A program made the position numbers and the translations under genes. A model generated the notes under the pieces. It saw only the letters and a program-made list of their open reading frames with translations, had not been told where the DNA came from and ran no database searches. Of a DNA stretch of 32,000 bases, positions 21,281-29,462 are shown in pieces. The first letter of the stretch is position 1. Each line of letters opens with the position of its first letter. Origin of the DNA: Bigelowiella natans nucleomorph (lineage: Eukaryota > Protista > Cercozoa); assembly GCA_000002455.1 (NCBI GenBank), contig DQ158856.1, positions 60,001 to 92,000 on the forward strand, written 5' to 3'.

Positions 21281-21584
21281 ATGCTTAGAGAGGGCCAAAA
21301 AAAAAGGCTTCCCAATGGCAATACCCCAAGATGGTCAGAACTAGAAAACTATATATTTTTTAATGTTATCTCTATTATAAAAGGCTATTAAAGAATTCGG
21401 TATGAATTACTCTATTATAAGTAATTTATTAATCAATAAATGCTATAGACAAATAAAACGTAAAATAAAACGCGAAATTGAAATCAATGAATCACTTTTC
21501 AGAATACTACTTCACTGTAAATCCAATAGTCGTATGAGGAAAAAATTAATAAAACTTATATATTTTAATAAAATGCAAAACTAA
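21281..21584 (+). CDS. bdp1: Minimal SANT/Myb protein, TFIIIB subunit B''/BDP1-like (~94 aa), 19-nt intron at 21365-21383
   Basis: RWSELENYIFFN|AIKEFGMNYSIISNLLINKCYRQIKRKIKRE matches the BDP1 SANT pattern WSxxETxxFFxAIxxxGTDFSMIxQLFPxRxRxxIKNKFKRE. Confidence 0.75.
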
Positions 21585-22546
21585 TTTTCTGATAGTTTAG
21601 TTAAAAAAACTCCCAAAAAATATAGTCCAATAAGTGGTAAGCATGTAATCAATTGTGTTACAGGATCTGTAGTTGGGGTAATCACAGCTGCAGCTATTGA
21701 ACAAATTATGATGACATATCTCCACTGAGAAAGCATTTGATTAGAAGTTACTAATTTACTTTTTCCCAAAATAACTAAAATAATTGGAATCTAATTATTG
21801 CAATTGTACCTGAAATCCTATACCGGTAGAAAACATAAGTTTTATATAAAAATCAAAATACTGCTTAATGGAGAGAGTCGATTCTACCAAGCCGTCGGAG
21901 TAAGTAGAAAAAAAATTAAGGGCAAAAGGACTTAGAATATAATATGAAAAGATTAACCTATTTACTTCATTTAAACCCTAATACAAATAAAAAAATCGAT
22001 CCGAGAATAATAGGAATATAAAAATTTTTTTCATTTTTTGTTAAACCTGGTATAGTATAAGAACTAATTTGATAGACTAGAGAAGGAAAACTACAAATAA
22101 TACCAAAATTTATTGCAATCTGAATTTTTTTTTAATTAACTTCTAAACTAGTAAAAAAAAATTCTCCAGGATTTAATTGTAAAAAACTATAATTGTTTTT
22201 TAAGCCGTTAATTTCAAAAGCGATCAATAAATCTTTGGAAATGGATAAACAAATACAAAAAGATAAAAATATATTGATTATACTAATTAAAATTCTCTCT
22301 CTTAGTTCATCAATGTGATAATTTACAGTTTGCTTTTGAATCTGGTTATCCAAAATCTGATCAGGTATACACAAAGCTTCTATTTATTCTTATAAAACCA
22401 TGATGAGATTTTTTTTTGAAAAATATTTTTTTACTTTTGTTAATGATTGAATTTCTATTATTTTTAGTTATTAAAAGTTTCTGATTATTCTTTTGTAAAA
22501 ATATGTTGCGGCTAATAGATATGCTAAATCTTGCATTCTTAATCAT
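21581..22546 (-). CDS. tatC: Plastid twin-arginine translocase TatC, introns 22380-22398, 22120-22140 (21 nt), 21958-21976, 21791-21809
   Basis: Basic N-terminal extension, then [22 protein letters not shown]...PGLTKNE, GFQ|IP, WRY...[14 protein letters not shown]. Confidence 0.96.
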
Positions 22547-22588
22547 AGAGTTAAATATTAATATTTTATATAATTTTTGTTTTATTTA

Positions 22589-23442
22589 TCACTTATTAAA
22601 AGAATAATAGAAGGAAGCCCAATTAATATTTGATTTTTTTACACTTCTAACTTTCTTACAATTTTTAATGGACGGTTTAAAACTATCTCTACAATTCAAA
22701 ACTCTATCAATTATTCCATATTCTTTTGCCTCTAACGGGGTCATGTATCTAATTTTATATTTATTACTTATCTCGATCGGTATCTGATTCTATCATTGAT
22801 AGTGACTGATCTGTAAATTTAGACAATAAATAATTTATATTATTTCTGTGATATAAGAGTTCCTTGACCTAAAATTAAATTTAGATACTTGAATTTCAAT
22901 ATCTACCGCATTACCCTGTATTCCTCCTATTGGTTGATGTATCATTATTCTAGTATTAGGAGTTGAAAATCTTAAACCGTTTGTTCCCGAAGCTAACAAA
23001 AATGCACCCATTGAAGCGGCTAGACCTAATGAAATTGTATTAGTAGATTTATTTGTCCAGACAATAGCATCATATAATGCTAAACCAGCCATAATGCTAC
23101 CACCTCATAAGAATATTTCTAACCTGGAGAGTTTATACATAGTTTTATACTACTATTATTATCTTTATAAGATAAAAATAAAATACTATTAATCAAAGAA
23201 TTGACTAACTGATCATTTATCTCGCCAGTACAAAATAGAAAATTATTATTTTCAAAAAAATCTGAAATATCAAGTAAATCATCATAGGTCGATGCAAAAT
23301 GTTTAATGTTTTTACGATATTTATTATTAAAATCTAGATTAACAAAATGATTCTTAGTTAATCTTCTAGACCACAAGCTACCAATAGCTCGAGAACTGTT
23401 ATTAATATAACTATTTTGACTTTTAATTCTTGGTGTTGGCAT
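22589..23442 (-). CDS. clpP: Plastid ClpP protease subunit, introns 23104-23123 (20 nt), 22869-22888 (20 nt), 22749-22767 (19 nt)
   Basis: S/R/N-rich transit-peptide-like leader, INSPG|[13 protein letters not shown] (Ser), IMIHQP (His), DTDRDKYM (Asp), EAKEYGIID. Confidence 0.96.
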
Positions 23443-23552
23443 TTAACTAAAGTAGAATCCTTGCTTGGATCTTTAATTTAATACTGATCAATTAATAGTT
23501 TTTTCAATTAATACTACTTATAATTATTACTACAAGTAGAAAAATAAGTTTT

Positions 23553-25022
23553 ATGATAACCAAAACAAACTATAAAGCTAAACTAACTACATACACAATA
23601 AAGAAAAATTGCATAAAAAAAATCTCATTTAGAACTTTTCAGCAAACTGAAAGCTATAAATATAAATTAAAATCATTTTCTGAATGTGAAACTATTCGAA
23701 AATCATTGAATAGTAACACTTTAAAGTCTATATCCTTAAAGAATCTAGAACCGCTATGGATTATCAAATTTAGACTGGATGCTCTGAAATCGTTATACAA
23801 CAGAGACACCCCAAAGTGGTCAGAATTTAATAGTTACAATTTTGATATCAATAACTCTATTTATTACTCAGCTTTAATCAAAAAAGACACTGCATTAGTT
23901 AGTTCGAATAACGAAACAAGTATTATTTCGTCATCGTCAAAGAAAAAAACAGCTATTGATTTAGTATTGGATTCTATTTCTATTGATACTTCTTATCAAA
24001 AAGAATTGGGTAAGCATGGTGTGATTTTCACTAATTTATCAAATTCTTTAAAAAATTATTCGGACTTAATCAGTAATTTTATGGGAAGTGTAGTATCACT
24101 AAGAGACAATTATTATACAAGCCTAAATTCCGCAGTTTTTTCTGAAGGCTCATTCATCTATATCCCAGCTAATCTAGTATGCCCACTAGATTTATCGACA
24201 TACTTCAGAATTAATGGAAATGTTATCGGACAGTTTGAAAGGACTTTAATAGTAACAGAGAAAAATGCCAGCGTCACTTACCTTGAAGGATGTACTGCAC
24301 CTTATTTTACAGAAAACCAGCTTCATGCTGCTGTAGTTGAGCTTTGCGCAGAGGAAGGCTCAGAGATTAAATACTCCACTGTTCAAAATTGGTATCCTGG
24401 AGACTCTATGGGCAAAGGAGGTATTTTTAATTTTGTTACTAAAAGAGGGCTATGTAACGGGTCTAGATCAAAAATATCTTGGACACAAGTAGAAACAGGA
24501 TCATCCTTAACATGGAAATATCCTAGTGTAATACTAAAGGGTGATAACTCGGTAGGAGAGTTTTATTCAATTGCCCTTACTAAATTAAGACAACAAGCGG
24601 ATACTGGTTCTAAGATGATACATATCGGTCGAAAAACATTTAGCAAAATAATTTCTAAAGGGATCTCCTTAGGAAATTCAAAAAATTGTTATAGAGGGCT
24701 AGTATTAATTCACAATAAATCATTAAAATCCAAAAATACTACTCAGTGTGACTCAATAATTTTTGGTGACAGTTCTTCGGCTAATACTTATCCATATGTC
24801 ACCGTCAGAGATTCCTCTGCGTGGCTTGAACATGAAGCTAGTATTGCTAGGATTCAAGATGACCAAGTTTTTTATTTACAACAACGTGGTTTAGGATTTG
24901 AAGAAGCTATAAACTTAATAGTTGGAGGCTTTTGCAAAGAAGTCATAGAGGAACTGCCTTTTGAATTTTTAACCGAGGTAAATGAGCTATTAAATTCGTC
25001 AATGATTAAAAAAATCGGTTAA
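23553..25022 (+). CDS. sufB: Plastid Fe-S cluster assembly scaffold SufB
   Basis: LNSAVFSEGSF, STYFRIN, GQFERTL, YLEGCTAP, QLHAAVVE, YSTVQNWYPG, NFVTKRG, QADTGSKM, with a ~30-aa basic leader. Confidence 0.98.
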   Translation: MITKTNYKAKLTTYTIKKNCIKKISFRTFQQTESYKYKLKSFSECETIRKSLNSNTLKSISLKNLEPLWIIKFRLDALKSLYNRDTPKWSEFNSYNFDINNSIYYSALIKKDTALVSSNNETSIISSSSKKKTAIDLVLDSISIDTSYQKELGKHGVIFTNLSNSLKNYSDLISNFMGSVVSLRDNYYTSLNSAVFSEGSFIYIPANLVCPLDLSTYFRINGNVIGQFERTLIVTEKNASVTYLEGCTAPYFTENQLHAAVVELCAEEGSEIKYSTVQNWYPGDSMGKGGIFNFVTKRGLCNGSRSKISWTQVETGSSLTWKYPSVILKGDNSVGEFYSIALTKLRQQADTGSKMIHIGRKTFSKIISKGISLGNSKNCYRGLVLIHNKSLKSKNTTQCDSIIFGDSSSANTYPYVTVRDSSAWLEHEASIARIQDDQVFYLQQRGLGFEEAINLIVGGFCKEVIEELPFEFLTEVNELLNSSMIKKIG

Positions 25023-25062
25023 TCTATTTAATGTTTTACTATTTAATTAAAGTTTTACATCT

Positions 25063-25562
25063 ATGAACAAAACAGAAAATCAAAAAAATTGTAGCACAAT
25101 TTTAAAAAGTAGCTGGATATTACTGGGACTAATAGTAAAATAAAATCTTATAGATAAATAAGCTTAAAGAAAAAGAAATAAATAGTGATTTAATTTCTAA
25201 TGTATATGAAAAAAGTAATTTGACAAGAATTAGTTTCATTATGTGTTTCCCAAGAAGAAAAAATACAATTATTAAATTTTCTAAAATCTTTTGATTATAC
25301 TACTTATATTTCAAGAGGAGAAAAAAAAATTGATCAATTAAACCAACTATTAACCAATAATTTAAAAAACCAAGTGGCTAATTCAGAAATACAAGAGAAT
25401 AAAAAAGCCTCAACACAACCTAACAGTTTATGCTGCTCAACTACAACTCAAAATGAATCAGAAGTAATAGAAAATATAAAAAGGAAAGTTTACCTTCTTT
25501 ATTTGATTGATAGAAATATGAAACTTTTACAAGTGATCTCTAGTGCTTTAAAATTTAATTGA
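25063..25562 (+). CDS. Hypothetical protein (~153 aa), introns 25135-25153 and 25215-25233 (19 nt each)
   Basis: Two mini-introns join ATG 25063 in frame to ORF 25374-25562. Confidence 0.55.
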
Positions 25563-26067
25563 TAATACAAAACTAAAATAAATTTAATAAATAATTTTAG
25601 AATACGAAATTCTTTAAGTTATTTCAGATTATTTAAAAATAAAATTATTGTTAGACTGTATTAACTTCCTTTTTATCCAAGTTTATTTTACCATTGTAAT
25701 TTATTATACTTAATGTGCAATAAAATAGAAAACTATAATATAAAGCTCTCAAACGACCAGATAATATTGTTCTTCAAAACAATAAAGAAAAAAAATAATC
25801 TAGTTAAAGGTAAAAAGGAAACCATAAAAAACCTAATCAGTAATAAAAGTATACTACTTATTGTATAGTTTCTTTTCTGATTATTGCATCTAACTGCTTA
25901 ATTGATACAAAATTACATATTTTTCACTATTGTCTGTTATATAAAGTAAAATTTTGTTTTTTTTCTGGAAGTAACATAACTAATTATAGATTCAAAAGAA
26001 TTAGGACAACTATGCGATCTTAAACATAAAGCATGTATATTAGGAATATTAAGAAATTAATAGTAAT

Positions 26068-26147
26068 GTCTCAATAGCGCAGTGGTAGCGCGTCGGTCTC
26101 ATATACCAATTATCCGAAAGTCGTGAGTTCAATCCTCACTTGAGACA
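26068..26147 (+). tRNA. trnM: Elongator tRNA-Met(CAT) with an 8-nt intron at 26104-26111
   Basis: Acceptor GTCTCAA/TTGAGAC, TCGGT-CTCATA[TACCAATT]A-TCCGA, T-arm GTGAG-TTCAATC-CTCAC. Mature length 72 nt. Confidence 0.92.
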
Positions 26148-26155
26148 CTTAATTT

Positions 26156-26485
26156 TCAATCTGGTACTCTTATTCTATGCAAACCACATTTTTTAATTTT
26201 AATTATAGAATCGTTCGCAGTAGTTATACTATTCATACCGATATTATAGAACTTTAAAAAATTCAGATGATTTTTATAGAAATAAATTTTTAATACTTTA
26301 AGCACAAATCTTTAATGATTTTAATACTTCCCATTCGTACAATTTTTTATTACGATTGTACTTTTTTTATAAATTCGTATTGAAAATATATTATTATTTA
26401 TTCTAAAGCGCGCTAAAAATTTTCCTATTTCGAATATATTAATAATGTTATATAAAATTATATTTTTAAATTCAATAACTATCAT
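26156..26485 (-). CDS. Probable divergent 60S ribosomal protein eL22 (~103 aa), 18-nt intron at 26310-26327
   Basis: MIVIEFKNIILYNIINIFEIGKFLARFRINNN...KSTIVI...FVLKVLKIYFYKNHLNFLK is colinear with eL22 FTLDC...IMD...EQFLQERIKVN...KSKITV...[20 protein letters not shown]. Identity is low. Confidence 0.5.
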
Positions 26486-26538
26486 TGTATCTCAGCTTTA
26501 AATTAAAATGTTTCTACATAATTAGTTAAATATCTTTT

Positions 26539-28188
26539 TTACATATTTAAAAAATTTGCACTTGAAATAGTTCCTGTGACTTTAGAAATCTTACTAATTT
26601 TTTTATAGTGTCTTTTACTGATAACAGCTTGAGTATGCATTAAAACACTTGATATTTTACACAGAGAGATCAATGAGTTATATAAAAGCAATGAAGGATC
26701 TACAACACCTTCTCCCACTAGGTTAGTAAGACATTTATATTCAGCATCGTAACCTATTTCAAAAGGATAGTTTACAATCTTCTTTTCCATCAAATAACCA
26801 TCTTCATCAGAATTTAGAATGATATTTCTATTCGGAACTACTATTGATTTTCTCAACAATTGCATTCCCAGCGATTCTTCCATACAGCTAGATAAAGCCA
26901 TAAAATATTTCAAAAAATTAGATAAATGAACAAGAGAGACAGCTGAACCCGTAACTACTCCCTGAGTAACAGCTGAAAATGTGGCATTTTTAGCGTCTTC
27001 TAATCTTAATTTTTTATCAATCAGTTCCAATTCAGTTGGTGCACCAACTCGAATAACTGCTATACCACCAGATAATTTTGCTATTCTTTCCGATAATAAA
27101 TTTGTTTCAAAAGTACTATCTGTACTTGAAAGAAGTTTCTCTAAATAATCTATTCGAGATTTGATTTGATTTTTAAAACGATTTTTAGAGATCAATGTAC
27201 AATTATTCTCAGATACAATACATTTTCTTAATGAACCAAAATCTTCTGGTTTTAAATTTTTTAATTTCATACCTGAATCTGATGAATAAAAAGAAGCCCC
27301 TGTTGCAATGGATATATCTTGTAAAATTGATTTTCTATAACTACCGAAAGAAGGAATTTTAACGGCGCATATTTTTATATTTTTTTCTTTATTGTTTACT
27401 AAAAAGGCATTTAGACACTTTTTAGATATAGTATCTGAAATAATAAGCAATGGCTTATCAATCTGTAGAATAGATTGCATTATTGCAGCTGCTTGTTTAA
27501 TACTATCTATAGGTAAATCAGTCACGAGAATTGCGCTATCATTATATTCACAGGTTGAGTTTTTAAAATTGTTTATAAACTTGTGAGAAACATAACCTCT
27601 GTCAATCTGAAGACCTCCATAAACTATCAAAGATGTATCATTCTTATCAGACGTTTCTATAGAAATTAATCCATCCGTACCGACTCTTTTATATGCATTC
27701 ACAATTAATTTACCGAGTAATTTGTCACCACCGCTTGAATTAGTTGCAATGTTTAATATATCTTTATTGTTATTCAGAGGCCATGATATTTTGTACAGTT
27801 TATTTAATAAGATATTTGTGCATTTAAAAATCCCATTGCTAAAAAAATAAGGTGTATAACCAGAGTGAATTAAACTAAGCCCTCTCGAAAGAACATTCCC
27901 AGTGAGAATACCTGTAGTAGATGTACCATCACCAACAGAATCATTTACATTAAAAATAACATCCTTGACTAAAAACTGACCAATATGCTCGACAAAATTT
28001 TGGTTATTAATTTTATTAATAATAGAAGTACCATCATTAATAATCTGCGGTTTTGAGGTTTTATCCCACAGTACAATATTTTTACCTCTTGGTCCAAGTG
28101 TAAGACTTAATATATTCGTAGTATCTTGTAAACCTTTTTTAATTTGTTTTATAATGACATCTCTGTAGCAAATATTTTTTATTTTCAT
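26539..28188 (-). CDS. cpn60: Plastid chaperonin 60, alpha-type, divergent
   Basis: TLGPRGKN, GDGTST, IDRGY, ERIAKLSGGIAVI. KLRLEDAKNATF is characteristic of the alpha subunit. Confidence 0.95.
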   Translation of the reverse strand: MKIKNICYRDVIIKQIKKGLQDTTNILSLTLGPRGKNIVLWDKTSKPQIINDGTSIINKINNQNFVEHIGQFLVKDVIFNVNDSVGDGTSTTGILTGNVLSRGLSLIHSGYTPYFFSNGIFKCTNILLNKLYKISWPLNNNKDILNIATNSSGGDKLLGKLIVNAYKRVGTDGLISIETSDKNDTSLIVYGGLQIDRGYVSHKFINNFKNSTCEYNDSAILVTDLPIDSIKQAAAIMQSILQIDKPLLIISDTISKKCLNAFLVNNKEKNIKICAVKIPSFGSYRKSILQDISIATGASFYSSDSGMKLKNLKPEDFGSLRKCIVSENNCTLISKNRFKNQIKSRIDYLEKLLSSTDSTFETNLLSERIAKLSGGIAVIRVGAPTELELIDKKLRLEDAKNATFSAVTQGVVTGSAVSLVHLSNFLKYFMALSSCMEESLGMQLLRKSIVVPNRNIILNSDEDGYLMEKKIVNYPFEIGYDAEYKCLTNLVGEGVVDPSLLLYNSLISLCKISSVLMHTQAVISKRHYKKISKISKVTGTISSANFLNM

Positions 28189-28266
28189 ATTATGACTAAC
28201 TCAGATAGTAATTATTTGCATGCAATTTATACTTGTTTTATTTAAAATTAAAGGTTACTTACACTC

Positions 28267-28704
28267 TTAAGTTATAGATTCATAAAAAACGAAATCTTTA
28301 AACGGGAATTTATTTTTTATAAAATAATGTAGATCAATAAAATTTCCTCCTCTCTTTTATTATTTATTAAACATTAACGATTATATTTTCAACCTTTTTT
28401 GTCATACCTAAAGATACGATTGTAATAGATTTCAATGAATCAGAATCAACAGGTCCTATAACTTTACCAAAGCAAATTATTTTTTTAATTGACTTTTACA
28501 ACTAAATAAACCCTTTTGTTAATTAACTTTTTTTGGATATCGATGAGGCGGTAAATTTTACACTTGCTTTTTTTCTTTATTGAAGTAATAAAATTTTTAA
28601 AATTATTCAACCAATTAATATCAGACGATCTTAAAAAATTCTCTTTTTAATAGCAAAACATGTAACTGAAATATATTTGACTTATTTTTAAAGAAGTATT
28701 TCAT
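28267..28704 (-). CDS. rpl18: 60S ribosomal protein eL18, truncated (~126 aa), introns 28641-28659, 28493-28511, 28354-28372 (19 nt each)
   Basis: QLHNFL...KIYRLI...IICFGKVIG...ITIVSLGMTKKVENIIVN|RGGNFIDL aligns with eL18 KLYRFL...LSRMI...VVVGTIT...[26 protein letters not shown]. Confidence 0.78.
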
Positions 28705-28752
28705 TTAACTATTGAATAAAAAAGTTGTGTTATTACTAAAGGCTATTACTAA

Positions 28753-29249
28753 ATGTCTTATTGCTCAAGTAAAATTGTTTTTAGCTAGTGAGTGGATTAT
28801 TTACAACGCGACCAATGATATTAACAACTTCAGGATATATTTTTGACGAATATGCTATAAAATCATATTTAAATGTAAAATATAATATTTTAGGAATTTA
28901 AAAAATGTCCTATAACCGGAATGCCATCCACACACAAAAATTTAATTGAATGCAAAAATTCTAATGTAATCATTCAAAAACTAGAACTTTAAATGCGTTT
29001 TTTCACAGCATACCGATTTAATTACATTATTAGAAGAAATTAAAAATGTATTACGTTTAATTTTAGCAATGGCAGAAATACATTTTAGAATACTTTCAAT
29101 TAAAAAACAATCTTTTATACATACGCCAAGAGCTTATTTTAAGTTACTATCAAAACGACGCCGCATACAGAGCTTTAGTTTCAGCATTAAGAGATAGAAA
29201 TAAATTAAAGAAGGTTATTTTTACCCTTAAAAAATTATTGTGTAAATAA
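28753..29249 (+). CDS. prp19: Prp19, U-box plus coiled coil only (~139 aa), introns 28769-28788 (20 nt), 28875-28893, 28966-28984, 29048-29066 (19 nt each)
   Basis: MSYCSMSG...SGYIFDEYAIKSYLNEFKKCPITG (U-box), then LL...QW...EYFQLK...RQELILSYYQNDAAYR (compare RQELSHALYQHDAACR). Frame across 29067-29100 was taken from the line coordinates. Confidence 0.9.
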
Positions 29250-29323
29250 CTTAAATGAAATTTTCAACTAATTTATTTAACACGAAACTTAAGAGAACCA
29301 TAATAAACTAAGTTATTAAAAAC

Positions 29324-29396
29324 CTCTTCCGGTAGGTTTCGAACCTACGACTTTGTGGTTAACAGCCACACGCTCTACCAATTGAGCTACGGAAGA
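29324..29396 (-). tRNA. trnN: tRNA-Asn(GTT)
   Basis: Acceptor TCTTCCG/CGGAAGA, anticodon arm TGTGG-CTGTTAA-CCACA, T-arm GTAGG-TTCGAAA-CCTAC. Confidence 0.95.
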
Positions 29397-29462
29397 CATT
29401 GTACTATACTTATCATTATATTTATCATTATATTATATTAGTTACTAATACTTTTTAAATAA

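Noticed and set aside
21285-21345. GC-rich patch with TTCCCAAT..ATACCCC resembling U4 snRNA
   Set aside because: Explained as exon 1 of the BDP1-like gene; no U6-pairing stems or Sm site context.
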